A stretch of DNA of 64,000 nt, taken from assembly GCA_963829525.1 (NCBI GenBank), contig CAWHIJ010000003.1, positions 1,728,001 through 1,792,000 of the forward strand, in the 5' to 3' direction. Positions 1-11,566 of this stretch are shown piece after piece. Both the position numbers and the translations under genes were made by a program. How positions within the stretch are numbered: position 1 is the stretch's first letter; the number at the start of each line of letters is the position of its first letter. Below the pieces are notes generated by a model. It was not told where the DNA came from. It saw nothing but the letters and a program-made list of their open reading frames with translations, and did not search any database. Origin of the DNA: an uncultured Actinomycetota bacterium. GTDB lineage: Bacteria > Actinomycetota > Actinomycetes > JAHEKZ01.

Positions 1-2
1 TG

Positions 3-314
3 GTGATTGGGGTTGTCTTAGGCCTCGTTCTGCAACCGACCATCCCGGCCGGGCTGCAGCCTTATCTGCCAATCGCAGTAGTAGCTGCACTCGATGCTGT
101 ATTTGGAGCGAGCCGTGCCCTGCTGGATGGCATCTTCAATGACAGGGTCTTTGTCATCTCGTTCATCGGCAACGTGTTCGTTGCAGCCCTCGTAGTCTTT
201 CTGGGTGACCAGCTTGGCGTCGGTGCTCAGCTGTCGACGGGTGTCGTCGTGGTCTTCTCGATTCGCATTTTCGCGAATGCCGCCGCCATCCGTCGCCACC
301 TCTTCCACGCGTGA
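3..314 (+). CDS. Small basic family membrane protein (DUF1290); 5' end may lie outside the window
   Basis: Hydrophobic protein with YLPIAVVAALDAVFG and IRIFANAAAIRRHLF motifs; usual position upstream of DUF881-gcvH. Confidence 0.85.
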   Translation: MIGVVLGLVLQPTIPAGLQPYLPIAVVAALDAVFGASRALLDGIFNDRVFVISFIGNVFVAALVVFLGDQLGVGAQLSTGVVVVFSIRIFANAAAIRRHLFHA

Positions 315-326
315 TCGGGTAAGAAG

Positions 327-1061
327 TTGACTGTTCCCCCAAGCATCGGGACTGAAGGAGCCGAGTCCCACGGTGCAGCACCAAAGGTTGCTGGGTGGGC
401 TGTCGTGCGTGAGGCAGTCACCCGGCGTCCGAACAAGGGCCAGTGGATCGTGGCACTGCTGCTGTTCGGGCTGGGGTTCGGCCTCGCCATCCAGGTGCGG
501 ACGACGCAGCAGGACGCGTTGAGCGCCGCCCGGACGTCGGATCTGGTCCGGATTCTCGACGACTTGTCAGCACAGCGTGATCGACTCGCTGCTGAAGAGA
601 CGCAGCTACGAGCAACGATTGCCGAGCTGGAGACCGGGGCTGACCAGGCGCAGGTAGCTCGACAAGCGTCCAAAGAGCGTCTGCAGAGCCTGCGCATTCT
701 GGCGGGGACCGTACCCGTGACCGGACCGGGTGTCACCCTGACGATTGCCGACCCCGAAGGCGTTCTCGACGCCGGTGACATTCTCGATGCGGTTCAAGAG
801 CTGCGCGATGCCGGAGCCGAGGCCATTTCGGTCGATAGTGAACGTGTGGTCGCCACGACGGCGATCGTTGACACCCCCGAGGGGATCGCGGTGGCGGATA
901 CGGCGCTGACATCGCCGATCGAGATTCGGGCGATTGGTGACCCGGACACCTTGACAACCGGCCTCTCGTTTCCAGGCGGAGTCGTGGAGAGCGTTCGTGA
1001 GGCGGGCGCCGAGGGCATCGTGGTTGAGCGGGAAGCGGTCGACATTGCCGCAGTCGAGTGA
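327..1061 (+). CDS. DUF881 family membrane-anchored coiled-coil protein
   Basis: N-terminal TM helix, coiled coil, AGTVPVTGPGV and ELRDAGAEAI motifs; start codon uncertain. Confidence 0.85.
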   Translation: MTVPPSIGTEGAESHGAAPKVAGWAVVREAVTRRPNKGQWIVALLLFGLGFGLAIQVRTTQQDALSAARTSDLVRILDDLSAQRDRLAAEETQLRATIAELETGADQAQVARQASKERLQSLRILAGTVPVTGPGVTLTIADPEGVLDAGDILDAVQELRDAGAEAISVDSERVVATTAIVDTPEGIAVADTALTSPIEIRAIGDPDTLTTGLSFPGGVVESVREAGAEGIVVEREAVDIAAVE

Positions 1062-1147
1062 GGGTGCCAGATTCACCCTGGACTAGGCTCGGCAGTGCCC
1101 AGACGACTCGACACGAGAACTCGCCCACGACCTGAACGGAGGATGCG

Positions 1148-1531
1148 GTGTACCCCGAGGACCTGAAGTACACGACAGACCACGAGTGGGTGAGGACCGT
1201 CGCAGAGACGACCGTCCGGTTCGGAATCACCGACTACGCACAGGACGCCCTCGGCGACATCGTCTACGTCTCCCTGCCCGACGTCGGCACCTCGTTGGCT
1301 GCCGGTGACGCCTGCGGCGAGGTTGAGTCGACGAAGAGCGTCAGTGACCTCTACGCACCGGTCACCGGCACGGTCACCGCGCGCAACGACGCGCTCAGCG
1401 CCACCCCTGAGGTGGTCAACGCCGACGCCTATGGAGAAGGCTGGATGGTCGAGGTTGAGCTCGCGGACCCAGCCCAGCTCGCCAGTCTCCTGGACTCCGC
1501 CGGGTATGCAGCGCACGTCGCGTCAGCCTGA
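1148..1531 (+). CDS. gcvH: Glycine cleavage system H protein
   Basis: YTTDHEWV, GITDYAQDALGDIVYV and the lipoyl-lysine motif VESTKSVSD. Confidence 0.97.
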   Translation: MYPEDLKYTTDHEWVRTVAETTVRFGITDYAQDALGDIVYVSLPDVGTSLAAGDACGEVESTKSVSDLYAPVTGTVTARNDALSATPEVVNADAYGEGWMVEVELADPAQLASLLDSAGYAAHVASA

Positions 1532-1571
1532 CCCAGTTGACCGGCTGAGGGCTCACCGCGTAAGTTCAGAG

Positions 1572-1608
1572 CACCCTCAACCTTCACCTGAACTTCGTAC
1601 TGAGAGTT
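1572..1608 (+). promoter_or_regulatory. Putative tandem FtsR (MerR-type) operator upstream of garA-ftsR
   Basis: CACCCTCAACCTTCACCTGAACTTCGTACTGAGAGTT; resembles the site at 3577-3601 and, from memory, the Corynebacterium FtsR site. Confidence 0.55.
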
Positions 1609-1635
1609 CATGGGTTTCCCCGCTTTGGAGGCGTC

Positions 1636-2166
1636 ATGCCGATCTGTCCCCACTGTGGACACGACACCACGGACAGCGAGGCGCGCTTCTGTGCAGCCTG
1701 CGGTCTTCAGCTCGAGGATTCCAGGGCGGGGGAGAGCGCATCGGAGTCGACATCGGTGCTGCACCTCGGTGGGCCCGAGCACGAGGGCTCCGAGCCGGTC
1801 GGTAGCGGTGACGGAGTAGGGAGCGACGACGTCGCCGAACGGCTGCAGACGGGCACCGCTCTTCTCGTGGTGCGCCGCGGACCCGCCTCCGGGGCGCGCT
1901 TCCTGCTCGACGCCGACGTCACGACCGCTGGCCGTCATCCGGACAGCGACATCTTCCTCGACGACATCACCGTGTCGCGCCATCATGTGGAGTTCCGCCG
2001 GTCGGCCGATGGGTTCAGCATCCGAGACATGGGCAGCCTCAACGGCACCTATGTGAACCGCACGCGAATTGACGACGTCGCCCTGGTCAGTGGTGACGAG
2101 GTACAAATCGGGAAGTACCGTCTCCAGTTCTTGACCGGTGCCCGACAGGCAGAAGGACAGTCATGA
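1636..2166 (+). CDS. garA: FHA-domain regulator GarA/OdhI with an N-terminal zinc ribbon
   Basis: CPHCG...FCAACG ribbon, ESTS phospho-motif, FHA motifs GRHPDSDIFLDDITVSRHH and GSLNGTYVN; synteny after gcvH. Confidence 0.9.
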   Translation: MPICPHCGHDTTDSEARFCAACGLQLEDSRAGESASESTSVLHLGGPEHEGSEPVGSGDGVGSDDVAERLQTGTALLVVRRGPASGARFLLDADVTTAGRHPDSDIFLDDITVSRHHVEFRRSADGFSIRDMGSLNGTYVNRTRIDDVALVSGDEVQIGKYRLQFLTGARQAEGQS

Positions 2167-2924
2167 GCCCGACGGCCGGCCAGCGGTCAGCGGTCATCCC
2201 GGCCCACGCATACCTCAGCATCGGTGAGGTACTCGCCAAGCTGCGCCCGGAGTTCTCCGACGTGACGATCTCGAAGATCCGGTTCCTGGAGTCCGAAGGG
2301 CTTATCGAGCCGCAGCGGACGCCGTCCGGCTATCGGAAGTTCACCCCCGACGACATCCAACGGTTGCGCTACGTCCTCAGTGCCCAACGTGACCAATATC
2401 TGCCGCTAAAGGTGATACGCGAGCACCTCGAGGCGATGGACCGCGGTCTCGAGCCGCCGGAGACACCAGGATCGAGCCCGCGCGTTCCGGTGTCTGTTGT
2501 GCGCGGCGGCGGCTACCCAGAAGCAGAGGACTTCGCTCGAGATGGCGCAGATCTTCGGCTGTCACGAGATGAGCTTCTCGCCACCGCAGAGATCAACTCA
2601 GACCTGCTGTCCGCGCTTGAGAGCTATGGGCTCATCGCCACGAGGCGCAGCGGAGAGCACTACGACGGTGACGCGGTCGTCGTCGCCAAGGCCGCCGGTG
2701 AGCTCGCTGCCTACGGCATCGAGCCACGGCACCTCCGGGCTTTCAAGTCAGCGGCTGAACGCGAGGCCGGGCTCATCGAACAGGTGGTGACACCCCTCCT
2801 GCGAGGGCGAGGTGCTGACGCGAAGGGCCGCGCAGAAGAGACAACTCGCGCCCTCGCCGCTCTGAGTGTTCGGTTGCATGCCGCTCTGGTGAAGGCGCAG
2901 CTCGGCCCCGATTTTCGCACCTGA
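2163..2924 (+). CDS. ftsR: MerR-family transcriptional regulator (FtsR/Rv1828-like)
   Basis: SIGEVL...TISKIRFLESEGLIEPQRTPSGYRKF helix-turn-helix; synteny. Confidence 0.85.
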   Translation: MSPTAGQRSAVIPAHAYLSIGEVLAKLRPEFSDVTISKIRFLESEGLIEPQRTPSGYRKFTPDDIQRLRYVLSAQRDQYLPLKVIREHLEAMDRGLEPPETPGSSPRVPVSVVRGGGYPEAEDFARDGADLRLSRDELLATAEINSDLLSALESYGLIATRRSGEHYDGDAVVVAKAAGELAAYGIEPRHLRAFKSAAEREAGLIEQVVTPLLRGRGADAKGRAEETTRALAALSVRLHAALVKAQLGPDFRT

Positions 2925-2987
2925 CGCCACCAGTTCTCGCCTTGGTTCCGGACGGTCAGCCGGCCGGAACCGGGGTAGGGTGAAGCT

Positions 2988-3578
2988 ATGGAGCCCGTTG
3001 ACATGAAAGCCGTTGACGTGGTCGGCGTCCGGGTAGAGATGCCGACGAACCAGCCCATCGTCTTGCTCCGTGAGCGTGATGGTGAGCGATACCTTCCGAT
3101 CTGGATCGGCGCCGTCGAAGCCACCGCGATTGCGTATGCCCAGCAGGGAGTTGAGCCGGCGCGGCCACTGACACATGATCTGCTGGCCGATGTCGTCGGA
3201 GGCTTGGGGCATCTCCTCGTCGAGGTACGCATCACCGACCTGTCCGACGGCGTCTTCTTCGCTGAGCTCGTCTTTGACAGTGGCCAGATCATCAGTGCTC
3301 GGCCCTCCGACGCCATCGCGCTTGCTTTACGGGTCGATGCTCCCGTTGTTGCATCTCCGGACGTACTGGACGAGGCAGGGATCGCGCTGCCGGACGACGA
3401 TGATTCCGAGCTCGGGGCTGAGATCGAGGATGCGCTCGGCGAGGTGGGTGAGCGACGAGCACCCAGCGAGGGAGAGCTCGAACGCTTCCGTGAGTTTCTT
3501 GAGGGAATCTCGCCAGAGGACTTCGGGACTCCTGGGGCGTCAGGCCCGGAGACTGCTGGACCCGAAACACCCTCTTAA
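2988..3578 (+). CDS. Bifunctional nuclease family protein (DUF151)
   Basis: YLPIWIG, RPLTHDL and ARPSDAIALA motifs; TAGGGT -10 element 6 nt before the ATG (leaderless). Confidence 0.93.
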   Translation: MEPVDMKAVDVVGVRVEMPTNQPIVLLRERDGERYLPIWIGAVEATAIAYAQQGVEPARPLTHDLLADVVGGLGHLLVEVRITDLSDGVFFAELVFDSGQIISARPSDAIALALRVDAPVVASPDVLDEAGIALPDDDDSELGAEIEDALGEVGERRAPSEGELERFREFLEGISPEDFGTPGASGPETAGPETPS

Positions 3579-3601
3579 CTCTCGATCTCTACCTGAGGGT
3601 T
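3577..3601. promoter_or_regulatory. Putative FtsR-type operator (25-bp imperfect palindrome)
   Basis: AACTCTCGATCTCTACCTGAGGGTT upstream of the second MerR gene. Confidence 0.55.
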
Positions 3602-3656
3602 TGGAAATCTCGATCATTCGTGGAGACTTTGCCTCGGCGTGTCGAGAGCCGGTGCG

Positions 3657-3685
3657 TTGACCCGACATCGGCAGGGGCTTAGCGT
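3657..3685 (+). promoter_or_regulatory. Housekeeping sigma promoter of the second MerR gene
   Basis: TTGACC-N17-TAGCGT. Confidence 0.65.
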
Positions 3686-3776
3686 GCTCTCGACACCACG
3701 GTAATGCCAGGCGTGTACTTTCCTCCGAGCCACCGGCTCCACGCGACTGGTAACCCGGGGCAGACGGAGGTCAAGA

Positions 3777-4421
3777 GTGACTGGTGGCGGACCCCAAGCG
3801 GGCGATGACGTCGGCCTCGCAGCGGCGCAGCAGGAGGCCAAAGAATCGGCTCGTAAGAGCGCTGGCCAGCAAGGGCTGCTCTTTACCGATGAGGTGCGTG
3901 CGCTGCCAGAAGACATCGGCTACCGCGGACCCACGGTCTGTGCCGCGGCTGGAATCACCTACCGTCAGCTGGACTACTGGGCGCGTACCGGGCTCGTCGA
4001 GCCGAGCATTCGGGGCGCCAGCGGGTCGGGCACCCAACGGCTCTACGGTTTCCGCGACGTCCTGGTCCTGAAGATCGTCAAACGACTGCTCGACACGGGA
4101 GTGTCCCTTCAGCAGATCCGAACCGCTGTCCAGCATCTGCGCGAGCGGGGGACCGACGACCTGGCCAACATCACCCTGATGAGTGATGGTGCTTCGGTCT
4201 ATGAGTGCACCAGCGCCGACGAGGTGATCGACCTCGTCCAAGGTGGACAGGGCGTCTTCGGTATCGCGGTCGGACGCGTGTGGCGTGAGGTTGAGGGCAG
4301 TCTCGCCGAGATGCCGTGGGAACGTCCCGACTCCGATGACCTCGAGGATCCATTCGCTGTCACGGTTGGCGAGTCATCCGACGAGCTCGCGGTACGTCGT
4401 CGCGCTCGCACTGCCGGCTGA
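3777..4421 (+). CDS. MerR-family transcriptional regulator (Rv1830-like)
   Basis: GYRGPTVCAAAGITYRQLDYWARTGLV and LMSDGASVYEC motifs; synteny before gcvP. Confidence 0.92.
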   Translation: MTGGGPQAGDDVGLAAAQQEAKESARKSAGQQGLLFTDEVRALPEDIGYRGPTVCAAAGITYRQLDYWARTGLVEPSIRGASGSGTQRLYGFRDVLVLKIVKRLLDTGVSLQQIRTAVQHLRERGTDDLANITLMSDGASVYECTSADEVIDLVQGGQGVFGIAVGRVWREVEGSLAEMPWERPDSDDLEDPFAVTVGESSDELAVRRRARTAG

Positions 4422-4440
4422 GGATAGACTGGAAGGAAGC

Positions 4441-4640
4441 CGATGACCCCGGCGGAAGAGTTCCTCGCAGCCAGCGAGGACGCCGAAGGAGCAATTCTCC
4501 CCAGAAACTCTCAGGCCCCCGGACCGCTTGGGTGAGGCATCTCTGGAAAGCGGGCTTCGTGCCCCACCGACGGTGCAAGCGCCACAGCTGCTTCGGCAGT
4601 CTCTGGCGCGAACCTCTCAGGTGCCGATGACAGAGGGGGA
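4441..4640 (+). ncRNA. Tandem glycine riboswitch
   Basis: Two aptamers, GGAAGAG...CGCCGAAGGAGCAA...AAACTCTCAGGC and CTCTGGAAAG...CACCGACGGTGCAA...AACCTCTCAGGT...GACAGAG, directly upstream of gcvP. Confidence 0.93.
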
Positions 4641-4670
4641 GCCCGATCCACCTTTTTGGAGGCGCTCCCG

Positions 4671-7625
<2,955 letters not shown>

Positions 7626-7654
7626 CCCCACCCTCCAGCGTGGTCGACGTCGCG

Positions 7655-8245
7655 TCAGCGTGACGCCGCGATGACACCGGCTCTCCACCCCGGCGCTCGG
7701 CCGCTGGCCGGTGGCGTGATCGACAAGGCATCGATGTCGGCGCGTGAGATGGCCCACGCCACCAATGAGTTGGAGTTCCACATGTCCCCGGCCGTCAGTT
7801 CATCGCGGCCCCATGTCGATCTTGGAAAGGACGCAACCCCCTCAAAGACAGCGAGCGCACGATCAGGTTCATTGGTGACGGTGGTGATGCCACCGACAGC
7901 CTCGCTCAGGTCAGGTATCACGCCGTCCCGCCAGCGGCGAACCTCATACCGGAAGAAGCGCGAACGGCCTAGGAGCCTGAACCCGACTGGGCCGTCCCCG
8001 ACAATGCCGTCCTGACCGTGACCGCTGCCCCATGCAGGCGCCATCTCGACGGCGTGCCGCACGTCGCCGAGCCAGATCTCAAGTGCGGCGTGGTACAGAT
8101 CCTGTGGCTGGCGCCCGGCGCGCCGAGCCGCGACCCGTTCGTAGAGGCGGCCGCTCCAGCGGACGACAGGCAGCGTCGCGCCAGCCCCTAGTGGTATCCA
8201 GTACAGGTCCACCCGACCCCTGTCCGGAGTGCATTTTGCGCCCAT
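7655..8245 (-). CDS. Conserved hypothetical protein, possible permuted papain-like (PPPDE/DUF3750-like) fold
   Basis: Start trimmed to ATG 8245; VDLYWIPLGAG, YHAALEI and WNSNSLVAW motifs. Confidence 0.65.
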   Translation of the reverse strand: MGAKCTPDRGRVDLYWIPLGAGATLPVVRWSGRLYERVAARRAGRQPQDLYHAALEIWLGDVRHAVEMAPAWGSGHGQDGIVGDGPVGFRLLGRSRFFRYEVRRWRDGVIPDLSEAVGGITTVTNEPDRALAVFEGVASFPRSTWGRDELTAGDMWNSNSLVAWAISRADIDALSITPPASGRAPGWRAGVIAASR

Positions 8246-8272
8246 CCCGGCCAATGGTGTCAGGATGCAAGG

Positions 8273-9382
8273 GTGCCCGTCCTCCTTGCAGCTGCCACGG
8301 CGCTGCCTCTTCACCGCTACCCCCAGGGGCAGATCACCGAAGCATTCACCGAACTCATGGTCGGCGGTGGGCCAGCAAATCACGCTGGCGCCGATACCGA
8401 AGATCGATCGATGGCTGGCCTCCGCAGTGCGATCGCTCGAACTCATGCGGCGACAACGGTCGAGTGGCGGCACCTTGCCTTGCCCTTGGCTGACTACGAG
8501 AAGCTCGAAGACTTCGGCGCTGCAAACGACGCATTTCTACGCGAGGCACCACCCCTGGCCGCACGGGCCGTCTCGCTGGCACTCGAACGGGCTGGCCTGA
8601 GGGCAAGGGATGTCGACCTGGTTGTCTCCACGACCGTCACCGGTGTTGCGGCCCCGAGCCTGGACGCGCGCCTCATGCCGCTGCTTGACCTTCGCCAGGA
8701 CGTCAAGCGCATGCCGCTCGTCGGACTTGGCTGCGTGGCTGGTGCCGTGGGGATCGCTCGTGTGGCTGACTACTTGCAGGGGCACCCCGATGAGGTCGCC
8801 GTCCTGGTCAGTGCCGAGCTCTGCTCGCTGACTCTTCAGCAGGACGATACGTCGATGGCTAACGTCGTCGCATCCGGACTGTTTGGTGACGGCGCAGCCG
8901 CTGTCGTTTTGGTTGGCGACGGCCGCGCCGACCTGCTTGGACGTGGCGGTGTTCGGGTCTGTGACTCGTTGTCGCACTTCTTCCCCGATACCGAGCGAGT
9001 GATGGGATGGGACGTCGGATCCTTTGGGATGCGGGTCGTGCTGTCACCTAACGTCCCCGACCTGGTGGCAAACGAGTTGCGCCCAGTGATCGACGCGCTG
9101 CTTGAGCGCAATGGGCTCAGCGCAGGTGACATCGAGCACTGGGTGGCGCACCCCGGCGGCCCAAAGGTGCTGACGGCTCTGGAAGACGCGCTGGGGGTGG
9201 ATGCCAGCGCGACAGCGCTGACCTGGGACTCGCTGCGAGAGGTGGGAAACCTCTCCTCTGCATCGGTGCTCCATGTGCTTGAGAAGACTCTCGACCGGTC
9301 GCCGGCTGGATCTGGTAGTCCGGGCGTCCTGCTGGCAATGGGGCCCGGGTTCTGTGCCGAGCTAGTCCTGCTCGAGTGGTGA
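8273..9382 (+). CDS. Type III polyketide synthase (SrsA/Pks10-like alkylresorcinol/alkylpyrone synthase)
   Basis: Cys-His-Asn triad in GLGCVAG, AHPGGPKV and GNLSSASV; ends MGPGFCAE. Confidence 0.95.
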   Translation: MPVLLAAATALPLHRYPQGQITEAFTELMVGGGPANHAGADTEDRSMAGLRSAIARTHAATTVEWRHLALPLADYEKLEDFGAANDAFLREAPPLAARAVSLALERAGLRARDVDLVVSTTVTGVAAPSLDARLMPLLDLRQDVKRMPLVGLGCVAGAVGIARVADYLQGHPDEVAVLVSAELCSLTLQQDDTSMANVVASGLFGDGAAAVVLVGDGRADLLGRGGVRVCDSLSHFFPDTERVMGWDVGSFGMRVVLSPNVPDLVANELRPVIDALLERNGLSAGDIEHWVAHPGGPKVLTALEDALGVDASATALTWDSLREVGNLSSASVLHVLEKTLDRSPAGSGSPGVLLAMGPGFCAELVLLEW

Positions 9383-9386
9383 TCGA

Positions 9387-9926
9387 GTGACATCGACAGC
9401 ATGGTTTGTCCTCTTGGTAGCTGCCGTTGGTGTCGAACGCGTCGTGGAGCTCGTCATCTCGCAGCGTCACATCGCCTGGGCGAAGGCTCGCGGCGGAGTC
9501 GAGCTCGGCCGTGAGCACTACCTGCCGATGGTGCTCATCCATGTCGGACTCTTGGTCGGTTCAGTGCTCGAAGTCGTTCTGCTGGGGCGGGTCTTCCTGC
9601 CCTGGCTGGGCTGGCCCGCGCTCGTCGGGGTTGGCCTCGCTCAGGGGCTTCGCTGGTGGTGCATCGCCTCGCTGGGAAAGCAGTGGAACACCCGCATTGT
9701 TGTCGTCCCCGGCGCCGCGCGTGTCAGCGGCGGGCCGTATCGGCGGATGCGTCACCCGAACTACCTTGCCGTGGTAGCCGAAGGAGTCTGCCTCCCCTTG
9801 GTCCATACCGCGTGGATCACGGCGACGCTCTTCACGATCGCCAATGCGTGGGTACTGCGCCAACGGATCCCGGCCGAGAACAAGGCGCTGCTACTGCTCG
9901 ATGGTGCAGCTGCGGGTGACCGATGA
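9387..9926 (+). CDS. ICMT-family alkylresorcinol O-methyltransferase (SrsB/BpsB-like)
   Basis: Membrane protein with WNTRI, GGPYRRMRHPNYLAV and RIPAEN motifs; follows the PKS. Confidence 0.92.
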   Translation: MTSTAWFVLLVAAVGVERVVELVISQRHIAWAKARGGVELGREHYLPMVLIHVGLLVGSVLEVVLLGRVFLPWLGWPALVGVGLAQGLRWWCIASLGKQWNTRIVVVPGAARVSGGPYRRMRHPNYLAVVAEGVCLPLVHTAWITATLFTIANAWVLRQRIPAENKALLLLDGAAAGDR

Positions 9927-10957
9927 AGCTGGTCGTCGTCGGCGGGGGACCGGTGGGGCTCTACTCCGCGATCGCGGCACAGTTGGCCGGAATGGACGCG
10001 ACAGTCGTCGAGCAGCGAGAAGGCGTCATCGACAAAGCATGCGGCGAAGGGCTGATGCCAGCAGCCATTGGTGCCCTGCACGAGATCGGTGTCGATCCCG
10101 TCGGGGTCGAGTTCGGCGGCATCCGCTACCTCGATGCGCGTGGGCGCAGGCAGGTACGCGCCCCGTTAGCCAGTGCCCCTGGGCGCGGAGTTCGCCGAAC
10201 GGTTCTGATGGCCGCCCTGCAAGCGAGGGCTGACACTGTCGGTGTCAACGTGATCCACGACCGCTGCATCGGCATCGACCAGGACGCCATCAGGGTTTGC
10301 CTGTCACTGGCAGACGGTGGCGAGATCTATGCGGACGTCGTTCTGGGGTGCGATGGGCTCACGTCGGGCGTTCGTCACGCCTTGGGGTTGGACCGCGCGA
10401 CGACCGGTCCGGTGCGTTACGGGCTTCGACAACACTTCGCGGTGCAGCCATGGAGCGACGACGTCGAGGTGTACTGGGCCGAGCGGGCAGAGGCGTACGT
10501 GACACCGGTGGCGGATGAGCTCGTTGGCGTGGCACTACTGGGCGAGCGTGGAGGCACGTTCAGCGATCGACTGGACGACTTTCCGGCACTCGTTGCCCGT
10601 GTTGGCGGAGCCCAGCCCGCTGGGGCGACGCTTGGGGCAGGCCCCCTGCGACGCCGTGCGGCCCATCCGAGTCGTGGACGAGTTCTGCTTGTCGGCGATG
10701 CTGCCGGATACGTCGACGCCCTGACAGGTGAGGGGCTCGCCATCGGGTTTCTAGGCGCCCGGGCCGCCGTAGCAGCGGCGGCGTCGGGTCGCCTCGATCG
10801 CTACCCGGCCGATTGGAGCCGCATCACCCGGCGCTTTCGTTGGTCGACCGAGGCGCTGCTGCGGGCCACCCAACGGCCACGTTCGCGGTCGGCGCTGCTA
10901 CCGCTGGCGCAGGGGCTGCCGACGGTGTTCGCCCGCGCCGTGCGCACGATGACCTGA
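9923..10957 (+). CDS. FAD-dependent monooxygenase/oxidoreductase (SrsC-like)
   Basis: GGGPVG Rossmann motif, DKACGEGLMP, GCDG, LVGDAAGYVDALTGEG. Confidence 0.9.
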   Translation: MKLVVVGGGPVGLYSAIAAQLAGMDATVVEQREGVIDKACGEGLMPAAIGALHEIGVDPVGVEFGGIRYLDARGRRQVRAPLASAPGRGVRRTVLMAALQARADTVGVNVIHDRCIGIDQDAIRVCLSLADGGEIYADVVLGCDGLTSGVRHALGLDRATTGPVRYGLRQHFAVQPWSDDVEVYWAERAEAYVTPVADELVGVALLGERGGTFSDRLDDFPALVARVGGAQPAGATLGAGPLRRRAAHPSRGRVLLVGDAAGYVDALTGEGLAIGFLGARAAVAAAASGRLDRYPADWSRITRRFRWSTEALLRATQRPRSRSALLPLAQGLPTVFARAVRTMT

Positions 10958-10967
10958 CGTTCCTCAC

Positions 10968-11453
10968 TCAGGTGCGACCTTCACGCTCCTGCGCTTCGAA
11001 AAGTGACGCTTGCTGAGGCTCGGTCTCGGGCATCCACTTCGCATGCTCGACGGTGAAGCCGGCTGCCGTGAGCGTGTCGATCACAAGTGCGTCGTCGTCG
11101 ACGACAACGTCGATGGTGCCGGACGCAGCGAGGCGCCGGACTTCGTCGAGCTTGAACATCCGGGCCGGGCGGCGATCGGTGTCCGGACGCATCAACACGG
11201 TGGAGCGTGGAAACCCGTGTGCCGCCAGCCAGGTCTCGGTGTCCAGGCGGCAACGTTCGGGGCGTCCGGTCAGGTAGATGATGTCGCCGCGCGTTGCCAG
11301 CTCGGTGGCACGGTCGAGACCCTCGGGCAGGGGAGTGTCGTCTGGCGCCGCAGCGAAGAAGGCGTCCCAGTCCTTGGGGCGACGTTGAACATGGGCGAGC
11401 CGGTGCCGCACGTCAGCCAGAACGCCGTCGATGTCGAGAACAGCCAGGCCCAT
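10968..11453 (-). CDS. HAD-superfamily phosphatase (polynucleotide 3'-phosphatase-like)
   Basis: DIDGV, LTGRPE and VDDD motifs; ATG 11453 is preceded by a TACAGT -10 element. Confidence 0.8.
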   Translation of the reverse strand: MGLAVLDIDGVLADVRHRLAHVQRRPKDWDAFFAAAPDDTPLPEGLDRATELATRGDIIYLTGRPERCRLDTETWLAAHGFPRSTVLMRPDTDRRPARMFKLDEVRRLAASGTIDVVVDDDALVIDTLTAAGFTVEHAKWMPETEPQQASLFEAQEREGRT

Positions 11454-11500
11454 GGGGGCAACTGTAGGGACCGGGGCCAGGCCCTGGTCGCGTCCGGCCC

Positions 11501-11552
11501 TTGACAGGGCCTCTTGCTGAGTGAACACTGTAAGCAGTGAACAGCGTTTACT
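11501..11552 (+). promoter_or_regulatory. Promoter with a putative TetR-type operator
   Basis: TTGACA at 11501; repeated AGTGAACA; near-palindrome GTGAAC-AGC-GTTTAC; AAGGAGG ribosome-binding site. Confidence 0.5.
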
Positions 11553-11566
11553 CCAAGGAGGCAGCA

